Shown: positions 53,990 to 64,000 of the stretch, in pieces | Layout of the letters: each line of letters begins with the position of its first letter | Position numbering within the stretch: position 1 is the stretch's first letter | Assembly (NCBI GenBank): GCA_965649765.1 | Contig: OZ287754.1 | Location: 67,828,001 to 67,892,000, forward strand | From: Bispira polyomma | Taxonomy: Eukaryota | Reading direction: 5' to 3' | DNA length: 64,000 nucleotides | Program-made: the position numbers and the translations under genes | The notes under the pieces: generated by a model | What the model was told of the DNA's origin: nothing | Databases searched by the model: none | What the model saw: only the letters and a program-made list of their open reading frames with translations

Positions 53990-56622
53990 CTAATATTCTT
54001 CCTCCATCTGTACTGTAACTTCTGCAGGTGTGCTGGCCACCTGCAATAAATTGTGTAACACAAGTGTTGCTTTGACCACAACTTTTGACCTTTCTGGTGC
54101 AATGGCAATTTTTGTGTGGTAAATGCGCCATCTTGCAGCCAAAATTTCAAATGTGCACTCAATGATTCTGCGAGCTCTAGAGAGGCGGTAATTGAACGCT
54201 CTTTCTGCTCTGCCACTTGATTTGCCTAGGTATGGTTTTAGCATGTGGTAGGTAAGTGGGAAAGCCTCATCTGCAACTATGGTATATGGCAATCCCCCAA
54301 ATTCAGGTACTTCTGGTAAGGCCGTGTCAGGTGGAATTCTTAGTCTGTTTGATGTCAGTCCTTTTCCAAGATTTGATTCAGCAAATCTTCCTCCATCACT
54401 GTTCCTGCCAAATTCCCCAATATCTACGTAAATGAATTTCAAATTGGCATCTGCCACGGCCATCAACACCATTGGCATGGTGCCTTTGTAGTTAAAGTAA
54501 AGGGAACCACTGTTTCTTGGAGCTTTTATAACTACATGTTTGCCATCCAATGCGCCAATGCAATTTGGAAACTGCCATTTATATTTGAAAGTTTCTGCAA
54601 TTAACCTTCAGTCATCTTCATTTTGTGGCATTTTGATGTACAAATTGCTAATAATATTCCATATTGCCTTGCATACCTCTGGTATTAAAGTAGATAGGGT
54701 TGAAACTCCAATGCGGTAGCTAAAGGCCAGTGATTTATATGATTCTCCAGTTGCAAGGTACCTGTAAAAGCTCAAACAAACTAGGAAGAATAAAAATATA
54801 TTGATACTACCTCTGTATGTACTATATTAAAAGGTCCAAATGGTAAAATAAGTATATATTGTGTATTTATTTCTTAGAGATTCCATTGAAAGTAATGGCG
54901 AGGCAAACAACACAATATTAAGTCAAATTAATGCCACACAGCCTTGTGATGGCACTACACCCAAAAGGATACTCTCAAAGAGGAAAACAAGTACTCCGAG
55001 TGAAGGGAAGGCCCCAAAAATACAAAATAAAGCAGGTGCATCAAAGCAGGTGATGGACGAAGCGTTTGCAGATCTATTACAGCTCCAAAAAGAGAGGGGA
55101 CACAAAATTGATCAAGCTTTGTGTGAAGAAAAGAGCGAAACAGAACTTCTGTTCCTTAGTTATGCCAAGAGAATGGACAAGTTGCCCCCAAGGAAAGCCT
55201 CACATTTGAAATTCAAAATTTCAGAACTTTTTTACAAGGCAGAAACGGAAGTGCTCGAAATACAACAGATGGGCAAGAACTATGTCGGGGCATTCAATTT
55301 TCAGATGCCTCAAACAGTACAATTGCCATTTTCAGGCACTACTGCTCTTTTCTCTACAGCAAGCAACCTTCCATTTACTGAAAGCAACAATCTGCAAGCT
55401 CCAACCAGTAACATGGCCATTTCTTCTGGAACAAATCTCTCAGTATTCCCCAGCTTTGGTGACTAAAGCATATCTGTTTCTCCCACACACCCCACAAGTA
55501 TAAGTTTAGGTAAGACAGGATCTTTGTCCATCAATATCATAACATCCTGACAATAAAAAACTTGGTTACCACAAGTCGAATATCCTATATCCATAGTATT
55601 TGTTACCTAATATTGAAGTAATATTTTGAAGTACTGGACTAACAAAATTGGTTCTTGAAAGGTGTAATTCAACTTTGCACCGACCTGATCTGCTAATTGG
55701 AAGAGTCATACAAAAAACAATTCAAAGAAATCATTCTGTAAAGATTTATCTGGATTTTTTTAGTGTTTTTTTTTTTTTCATTTGTGCCTGTTTAATTATT
55801 TTTTAACATATTCTTTGCAATAAAATAAAGGTTCAATTAAAGTAATTTTCAAACATAAAAACCATTTAGAAGGCTGCAATCATACATTTTATTATTAATA
55901 TAAAAACTATTTATTGGTATCCATTATTATTTGTCCAAAATTGCACTTTATTTCTTGGTAGATTTTTAAAACACTATATTTAGAACAGCATAAACCAAGA
56001 CCTGCTCATATGTATGAATGTATAGTGAGATTGTAAAGTAAAACAGGTAAAAGTTTAATTCCTACTGAAGATAGATTTTGTGTGTTCTTTGAAGAATTTA
56101 TTTGTTGATAGGCTCAATTACCCTGAACTACAAAGGCTGACAGCTCTCCTGTACATGTGTATGCAGTATTTTAACAGAAGCTACATTGAAGTAAAAGGCT
56201 CAGTGCATCGGTAAATCTTGTGACTTTAGTCATAACCATAAGTGTTTGGAGATTATTCGGTGTTTTATTACTTGTTTTATAGTACATCAACCACGTAGTT
56301 GCTAGATGAAATGATCACCGGTGATATGAATTGTTTACTGTATTTGTTATATACCACAACATTTTATACAAAAAAAAAATGAAATGCAGTTAATATTTAC
56401 CTAAAATATGCTTTGAATTGAACTTCATCCAGTCTGAGCTCACTTACAAGATGATGGTAGGCTCCAAATTGCTTTTTTTCTTTAATAATATCGTGTACCC
56501 AGAATCTATGTTGCTTGGACTGCTTTTTCTTATGTTTGCATTTAATATAAAGCATCATCAATGCAAGCCTTCCGTTAATTTCCTCATTAGCACGTAATAA
56601 GGCCTTGCTTTTTTACCGCCAT
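53990..56622 (-). pseudogene. Harbinger (HARBI1-like) DDE transposase; exons ~56401-56622 and 53990-54761
   Basis: Exon 1 RFWVHDIIKEKKQFGAYHHLVSELRLDEVQFKAYFR; last exon YLATGESY, FPNCIGALDGKHV, GRNSDGG, VADEAFPL, FNYRLSRARRIIECTF; premature TGA at 54608-54610. Confidence 0.9.
54878..55466 (+). CDS. Terminal exon of Harbinger DNA-binding (MADF/Myb-BESS type) gene
   Basis: Acceptor 'ttcttag|'; basic NLS-like SKRK; BESS-like ELLFLSYAKRMDKLPPRKASHLKFKISELFYKAE. Confidence 0.7.
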
Positions 56623-57515
56623 TTTTTCTTCAATATGTATTGCTCTATACATATTGCTGTGATCTGGATCTAAATGTACCACCCTGTGTCGCTCACATGA
56701 GAATACCCACGTCGGATGTCGCAATCGCAAATCGTGCATCGGATGTTGCAAGCCACATATATGAAAATGAACACTTAAGAGTTAGTTAATAGAAAAGTGT
56801 TGGACTGGGACAGTGGTGAATATAGTGAACAGCAAAAGAACAGTTTTTACTTTTAACGTTAATCAGTATAGTGAACAGTATAGTGATAGTTTCCACTTCG
56901 ACCCCCCAAAAGTTCAAATAGTGTGGATCAGACTTTATTGTATATGAATAATATATTAATTTAAATGCTTTAATATAGTGAAAAAGTTAAATCCAGTGTT
57001 TTGTTTTATTATAATCTTTTTGTTGGGGACTACCTCTGCAGTTAAAATAAAACCAGCACGCTTTCACAAACAATCAAAAAATCACCAACATTAAAAACTG
57101 GTAGCAGAGTGTGGTTTATAATAAATATAAAAAATATCTTTAGAACACAGAGAAGGGAATATAGAATCAGAACATAGTGAAAATATGACAAAATCAGATT
57201 AATGAAAATCTTGCGGGAAGGCAACTTTGACAAGACAAAATAATAGCTTTGTGAAACTTATAGACACTAAGGCGCATACAGAGGATATATGTGAGGGGCA
57301 AAAGGCTGGATAAGCTACAGTTATAGATGTTCTGTGTAAACTAAGCAAAGAACTGGAAAAGATGAACAAAGACCAAGCTGGCAACATTATAGAGGAGCTG
57401 GATATATTTGAAAAGAAATACACTAGAGTCACATAGAAAATAGAAGAACACACAAGTAGCTTGGGGGCCGCAAAGAAGAATCTAGAGGCAAGCCCAGAGA
57501 TGTCAGTGGCACCAA

Positions 57516-58110
57516 TTGAAACGAAAACAGGATAAAGATTTATGCCTTGAAAACTGTACTAAACTGATTGTGTCAGAATATAACAAAGTTATGAAAGATA
57601 TGTTACAGCCAGGGTTGGTCACCTGTGATCGCCAATTTCAGTACATTCAGATGGGGATCACCAAACTTGCTTGTGCTATCACTACTTTTGGGAATGCATT
57701 GCTCAATCATAAAGCTCAGCCATCCACAAAGGAGGTAGTGACACCATTTACTGATGCTTTGGCACTCCTTGAGAACTGCACACCCAACTGTTATACAGGA
57801 GGGGTCATTCTATAAGGCCTTTCTTGCAGAGGTCATATGCTGGTTGGGTATCAACTGACATTCTAGTTACCAGCGTCCTGTTTCGAGATGATGTTGTCAA
57901 AACAATATCGGGCTTGAAAAGCACTTAAAGGTTGGCTTGATGTTACATACAATAACGGTTCTACACAGAACAGGTACTCTTGTGGTCAGAATAGACCCCG
58001 ATATGAGCCAAAACCAACTACAAGGTCAAATTTAACTACAAGGACAAGGGGTCTAACCAGTGGAAGAAAGGCCAAAAGTACAGAAACCCATTAACGTCTC
58101 ATGTGGCTGA
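57516..58110 (+). mobile_element. DIRS-like retrotransposon ORF1 (gag-like) remnant
   Basis: DRQFQYIQMGITK...DALALL, then after a frameshift RRGHSIRPFL...SVLFRDDVVKTI, similar to the DA-LLG/RR/LFGDD pattern of DIRS ORF1. Confidence 0.55.
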
Positions 58111-58124
58111 GTAATGTGGAAGAC

Positions 58125-58923
58125 TGTGACGAGCGCCGATTGTAGCCCCTTTTAGAATTACCGAAATTTGCGTCATTTTCGGGAGCTCCGAGTTTTAGTA
58201 CCCGCCGGCCATGCTTTTAGATGTAAACAAACGTACGGGAATTAGCGAAACAGAACGAGTAGGTGGTGTGGTGTTCCAATGAGGATAGGGGGTGGTTCTG
58301 GAGTTAATTAGGTGATCAAGTCATGCTGGATCTGGGCTCTCTTTCATATTAGTGACAAAGGGAATAGGATGTGTTTTTGGTGGTTCTGGATTTTAAAATA
58401 TCTATAGCTTGATAAAGCTAGGGTTGATACTTATGATGTCTTAGTAAGTGTTATTAACATAGTTGATGGGGATAGGGGGATTGGGGACAGTTTTCATTAT
58501 ATTTAAACATCATTATAACAAATTTTTGACCAAATAGTAAGCATGGGGATAAAGCGTCAGTTTGATTTGGCCTATCATGGTGATCAGTGGCTCCCCTATT
58601 CATTTCCATTACTGTTATTTTATAATATTGTTGTGAAGTCGTCGTCCTCCTAGCTGTGGATTTGCCGCGAATGAGACTGGTTGTAAAGTCGTCGTTCGCC
58701 TAGCCGTGAAACTGCCGCGAACAAGACCAGAAGTGATATCCCGAGAGCGACAGTTATCGCAGACATTTTGAATAGACAGTTACATATACTGGGACAACAA
58801 ATAAACATTGTTGACCTGTGACATACAGTGGCACAGACTTGTGTGTAGTTTGTGGGACATACCGTGGCACGAACACTGTGGATTATAGCTGTCTTAAGGA
58901 GACAGTCACCACAGACAGTTACA
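58125..58923 (+). repeat. Probable 5' LTR of Gypsy element 3
   Basis: Starts TGTGAC, candidate end GTTACA, AATAAA near 58800, higher GC/CpG, directly upstream of gag; second LTR not in the window, so boundaries are unverified. Confidence 0.45.
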
Positions 58924-59049
58924 GGTAGGCAGCAATTCTCAATATTGGTACCAGTTGTTTGTGAAAGTACCCACGTGAGTACAGTACCCGTATAGGCTGT
59001 CATTTTTTGCAATTGCAAGTATTAAAAATCAAAATGAAACAAACTTGAC

Positions 59050-59244
59050 ATGTCCGAAGCTGGGTGGAACATCGATACAGCGACTATGGCAGAGTTGATG
59101 GAGATTAACGATGTTGGTTCACGTAGAGCTGAAATGATTCTTGAACATAGAGCAAAGTTCATGGGATTCATGTCCCTGGAAGATTTTCAGACAGTGGAGC
59201 TCCCAGAGCATGTCAAGGATATGCAAGATTTCAAAGGGGTATGA
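59050..59244 (+). CDS. ComEA-like helix-hairpin-helix module at the Gag N-terminus
   Basis: NIDTATMAELMEINDVGSRRAEMILEHRAKFMGFMSLEDF matches the HHH_3 consensus INxAxxxELxxLpGIGxxxAxxIxxYRxxxGxFxSxEDL. Confidence 0.75.
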   Translation: MSEAGWNIDTATMAELMEINDVGSRRAEMILEHRAKFMGFMSLEDFQTVELPEHVKDMQDFKGV

Positions 59245-59424
59245 AATCTGTGAAAGGAGAGATCAAGGATCTGAAAGAACAAGGGTGCCAGGTCTGGAAT
59301 TCCTCAAGGGAGATGTGGGCCAGTTGAGCAAAGAGGTCCAAGAAGTCATGGAGGATGTCGGTGTGTGGAAGCTTAAAGTTGCAGAGATTGAAAAACGGGT
59401 ACAGGAACAGGAAAAGAATATATC

Positions 59425-59765
59425 TTCATTTCCTGTTGAATCAAAGGCAGGTGCTTCAGAAGGGGTTAATACTCTTTTTGTTGAGAAATCATCAAAGGAA
59501 AAGCAGAGAGATAGTATGTTTTCATTTCCTGCTGGGGCAACAAAACCTGCCGCGGAAGGAGTTAATCCTCTTTAAGGGCGAAACCATTGCAAGGGAAACC
59601 GGTAGGACAAATGTTTAAATTTCCAGTCGGGGCAACTAAATATGCTTCAGAGGGAGTGAATTCATTTAGAGGTGCCAAACCATTGCAGGAAAAACAGGGA
59701 GAAGGAGTGTTTGCATTTCCTGCTGGAGCAACTGAACATGCTTCAAAGGGAGTTAATCCTCTTTT
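59425..59765 (+). repeat. Four coding tandem repeats (~93-99 bp) in Gag
   Basis: FPVESKAGASEGVNT / FPAGATKPAAEGVNP / FPVGATKYASEGVNS / FPAGATEHASKGVNP. Confidence 0.85.
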
Positions 59766-61549
59766 GAAGTATACTCTGGGATGAGCCATTACTTTTTCTG
59801 AGGAGAAATCTTTGCCAAAAGAAGAGCTGTTGAAGGTGAAACAGGCGTAGAGGAATCCTATCGAAACTTTAATGAAATCAATCGGCAAAAGAACATCGCA
59901 CAACTTCATCGTCAGAATCAGGAGTTGGTAAATGAGTATCAAGTTTTCCATAACAGGAGTAGATTGGAATGGGGAGGTTAAAATAGCAAAGATCAGGGGG
60001 TTACCAAAATGAAACAACAGTTTGATGTGGGCTACCCATTGCCAGTACAGTATCCTGACGACAAGGATTTGGACTGGACCGGTCTTGATCTTAATCTTTC
60101 ACGAGTCGTAGGGGGATTCCATATCATCACAGTTAGTGGGGCCCCAGTCTGGGCATGCAGTAAAAGTAGTTTCAGGTGAGCCTGTAAGATCAAGTGAGAA
60201 GCCTGTTGAGGAAAAAGCACCTGAGAGTTCAATAATTCCCAAGGATCCTGAAGACAGTGATATCAACCGCATTGTGACCTGCATTGAGAATAAAACAGAT
60301 TCCCGAAAATATACCGGTGGAGGCCAATCAGGTCATAACAGAAATATCACTGGTAATGAGAGCAGGAAGACAGCCAGACATTGGAAGTTGCCATCGAAAC
60401 CAACTCCTAAGTATAATCTGGATAGTTCTTGTGATGGGTCTTTACAATTTTCTCCCTCAGAAGGTGAATCTATTGCAGCTGAGCCAACCAGAGTGAGTAG
60501 AAGTTCCCGTATCACAAGTACTCCTGTATCAGTAAAGAACAAGATACAGATTCCTAAAATGTCTTTTTCTGGGGAATATTGGAGAGGTTTTATCGCGCAG
60601 TTTTAAGCTGTAGCTCACAAATTCAATTGGTCAGAAGTTAATAAGCTAGATACCTTTCCGATGGTTCTGAAGAAAGAAGCTTTGGAGTATTACAGCATAC
60701 TGCCCAAGGAGAAGTTGAAATGCTTTAGTTGGTTGAAAACAAAGTTTGAGCACAACTTCAACAAAGTTGAATCACCAACAACAGTCAGATGGGCATTATT
60801 CTCCACAGAGCAATGTGAAGATGAAACACAGTCAGAAGTATTTCACATGACTTCAGAAGATGATCCTGGACGTGTATCCAAATATTCGGGACCAAGGATT
60901 CAATAACTCTATGTTTGTGGAATTGTTTCTAAAAAGATGTAAGGACAGTTTTAGCAGTTTGTGACAAAAATCCACGGAATTTGGAGGAGGCTTATACTCT
61001 TGTCAAATCTGCATCTACCTATTGAAGGACTATATTGGGGAAGAAGGGTCGAGGCAGTGTGAACTTGAAATGCTATTGCAGACAAGTTCTGATAGTGACA
61101 GTTCAGGGACTTGTTCTACAAGCAATGCTAAAGTGAGAAACTTGCAGTTTAAGAACAAGTCGGGTACCAAACCATCAGTGCCACATACAGAGTGTCTGGA
61201 TACTGTGGAGATTGGTCTAAAGGAAATGAAGAATTCAATAGCTGAAGTGTTAGCCTTCAAATTCTTCAAATCCAAAAGGCATGGCCTGCTTTGAACGTGG
61301 CAACACATAACATTTAGTGAGGGATTGTCCCAAAAGAAGGAATTAATCTCCTTGCCGTAGCCCTAGCAGAAGTGATGACAAAAACTGGTGCAACAATACA
61401 AACACAGAGACCAATGTAGACCTTAGACCATCTTACCAGAAGGCGAATCAGGGGTTGAGATCTTATTCACCTCAGCCACAGCAGAGAAGTAGTTCTCCCA
61501 GAGGTGTGCAAAACAGTAATTCCACAAGTCCAAGAGGAAGATTTGATTC

Positions 61550-61586
61550 TTTAAATAAATAGATCAGGCCGGGTTGAATCACCTGA
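61550..61586 (+). promoter_or_regulatory. Candidate gag-pol -1 ribosomal frameshift signal
   Basis: T TTA AAT heptamer in gag phase just before TAG, then a 7 nt spacer and a tcagg...cctga stem. Confidence 0.55.
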
Positions 61587-63862
61587 CTTTATCTAATAAG
61601 ACTGTACAGAGAGCATATTAAGGATTATTCCAAGTTAACATCTGTGTTGTATAAACTGACAGGCTCCAAAGCTAGTTTCTTGTGGCAGAAAGAACATCAG
61701 TTAGCTTTTGAGACTATAAAGCAGCTGTTGACATCAGCTCCTTTATTAGCCTATCCAAATTCAGAAGATTCATTTGTACTATATACAGATACCTCTGAGT
61801 TTGCTATCGGAGCAGTATTGTCACAAGTGCAGGAGGGAGTGGAGAAAGTGATCTGTTATGGTAGTTATGTGTTATCTCCTGAGCAGAGGGGGTACTGCGT
61901 CACCAGGAAAGAGTTGTTGGCTGTTGTCAGATTTACCAGGCAATATAGACATTATCTGCTTGGCAGAAATTTTCTTGTCAGATCTGATCATAACAGTTTA
62001 ACATGGTTATTGCACTTCAAGCACATAGAAGGTCAGTTACCTCATTGGTTGGAGGAGTTAAATCAATTCAGTATGACCGTGATCCATCGACCAGGGGTAA
62101 ATATTGCAGCGGAGCACATAAACAGTGGTCCAGATTCTGTGAGGATGTTGATGATGTAGTGCCTTTAACAGTCAAGTCTATAACAGCAAAGGTATCGTTG
62201 AAAGATCTGTTCCTTGTTCCTATCTGATTGTTCTCTGGGAACGATCAGTTGGTTCCGGGAAAGAGTTAGAACAGAAGGAGTTATTTTTATGCAGTCTTGA
62301 AGGTAATCATTTTTATGTCTGTAGAAAGCAGTTGGTGTACCAGGACGGATTGTTGTTTTACAGGTGGAGAGAAGAATTTGGAGACAGACTGTTATTAATG
62401 GTTCCAGAAAAACTGAAACAGGAAGTTATTTCTTACAATCATGATTTACCATTTACTGGACATATGGGGGTGACGAAAACCACAATTAGGGTTAAGCAAT
62501 CATTTATGTCGTATGGGATCACCAAGGATATTGAAATATATGTGAAATCTTGTCCAGTATATAACAAGAACAAAAGTCTAACATAGAGGCCAAAGCAGCT
62601 TTAGGATGGTACCATGCTGGATTTCCATTGGACAGGGTACATCTGGATATTTTAGGACCATTTACTGAGTGCAAATGGTAATCAGTATGTTTTAATGTTA
62701 GTGGATCAGTTATCCAAGTGGCTTGAGTGTTATCCTTTGCCGAATCAAACAGCTGAGAGTGTTGCAAAATGTGTTGTTGATGGTATTATCTCAAGATTCG
62801 GGTGTCCAGGGGAGGAATTTTGACAGGAAATTATTTACTTCTGTCTGTGAACTACTGCAAATATCTAAAACTAGAACTACTCTATATCATCCTTGCTCTA
62901 ATGGTCAGGTAAAGAGATATAATTGGACGCTACTGCAATTGATTTGGTATTTTCTGCAGGATGGTCATCAGTCATGGGATCAGTATTTACAGCAATAAGC
63001 TGGGGCAATCCGGCCTACTGTGAATCGACAGACAGGGTTTACACCGAAACTAATGATGCTTGGTCGTGAAGTTCTGGCGCCCGTTGATTTAATGCTGGGA
63101 GAATTTGACAGGCTACAGGAGTCAACTCCAGCTGAATATGTGCATAAATTACAAACTATTCTGCAAAAAGTGCATATGTTGGCTAGGCAAAAGTTGAAAT
63201 TAACTCAGGAAAGACAGAAACGGGATTATGACTTGCGTTTGAAGGTGAACACTTACGAACCAGGTGATGTGGTTTATCAGTTGGACTCAGCTAAAAAGAT
63301 TGAACAAATTAGTAAGCTACAACAGATTTGGAAGGGACCATTCCTCGGTGTTATCTCCAATCTTATTCAGGGTGGTCAATCCTAAGAAAACCTTTGTAAT
63401 ACACCATGACAGGTTAAAACCTTGTCGGGATAGGGTCATACCTCTGTGGTTAAGCCGAAAAAGAAGCAAACTGCTAGAAAATGGAAATCCTGATACAGAA
63501 TCCGGTGAGGATATGAATAATCTAAATATTGATTGGCTGTACTCAAATGAAACTCACAGTGATACTGGGCACAATTCACAACTACTGGAGAATAGTGAAC
63601 CGTCTGTACCTCTTACCTGAGAAACAACTAATTCGGAAGTAACAACCTCGCCCGTGCTACCACCTCCTGCATCTGAAGATTTATCTTGAGCTACTAGGAC
63701 AGGAAGGGAGACAAGTAGACCAAATTATCTGTCTTAGTTTACTACTTAAGATAGCTAAAGTTGGTTTGTTATCTTGCATGAACAGTCAAGGTTTGTTTAC
63801 GGAACTTACTAACTTTGGAGCCTGTCCCTATGAATAGTCAATAATGTTTTTTATTTCTTTAG

Positions 63863-64000
63863 ATGCAGAGACATTGTAGCTATCAACGTGAAAAATCCAG
63901 AGGTGGTAGTCATCCGGGGAGTCGTCCTCAGGATTCCTCACCTGAAAGCCAAGAGGTTTCTACTGACAGACAGGATGCAAGGAGTCGCCATTCGGATTCC
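63863..64000 (+). CDS. Start of an extra ORF downstream of Gypsy pol (partial)
   Basis: Strong acceptor 'ttttttatttctttag' immediately before ATG; 46 open codons to the window end (MQRHCSYQREKSRGGSHPGSRPQDSSPESQ...). Confidence 0.5.
   Translation, partial: MQRHCSYQREKSRGGSHPGSRPQDSSPESQEVSTDRQDARSRHSDS

Larger units (their letters stand above)
58125..64000 (+). mobile_element. Ty3/Gypsy element 3 with HhH-Gag, protease/RT deletion, RNase H, integrase and an extra 3' ORF
   Basis: Gag 59050-61562 (FSGEYWRGFIAQF, degenerate CCHC near 61287); RNase H ORF 61644-62159 (LYTDTSEFAIGAVLSQ, YCVTRKELLAVV, RSDHNSL); integrase (HDLPFTGHMG, VHLDILGP, YHPCSNGQV, WKGPF). Confidence 0.92.

Noticed and set aside
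57190-57500. BEL/Pao-like gag N-terminal remnant
   Set aside because: Helical charged peptide with stops and no diagnostic motif; cannot be assigned
58650-59018. 122 aa Cys-rich antisense ORF as an accessory gene
   Set aside because: Overlaps repetitive LTR/leader sequence, non-ATG start, no recognisable domain

Overview
AT-rich, intron-containing, repeat-dense animal genomic DNA, probably from a marine invertebrate such as a mollusc or other lophotrochozoan (inference from the repeat and gene repertoire). Host genes built by hand from splice sites and exon phases: (1) a 6-exon secreted fibrinogen-related domain (FReD; ficolin/tachylectin-like) lectin gene on + (18294-25865) with a frameshift in exon 4, plus an orphan FReD exon remnant at 9466-9504; (2) an intact 5-exon ankyrin-repeat + acidic linker + Death-domain gene on + (38281-43346, about 586 aa); (3) phase-compatible exons of an unidentified gene (12336-16700); (4) a degenerate tandem duplication (about 190-4490 and 5460-8095) with conserved minus-strand splice sites. 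The rest is mobile DNA: many L2/CR1-clade LINE fragments, two L1/Tx1 fragments, tRNA-derived SINEs, a Harbinger MITE, a hairpin element whose ends rejoin into a palindrome, a Harbinger transposon with interleaved antisense genes, a DIRS-like ORF1 remnant and three Gypsy remnants. The most unusual item is the last Gypsy element (58125 to window end). Its Gag starts with a ComEA-like helix-hairpin-helix motif and 32-33 aa repeats, and it has a candidate -1 frameshift signal, a leader splice donor and an extra ORF with a splice acceptor downstream of pol. All coordinates were read by eye, and repeat boundaries are approximate.
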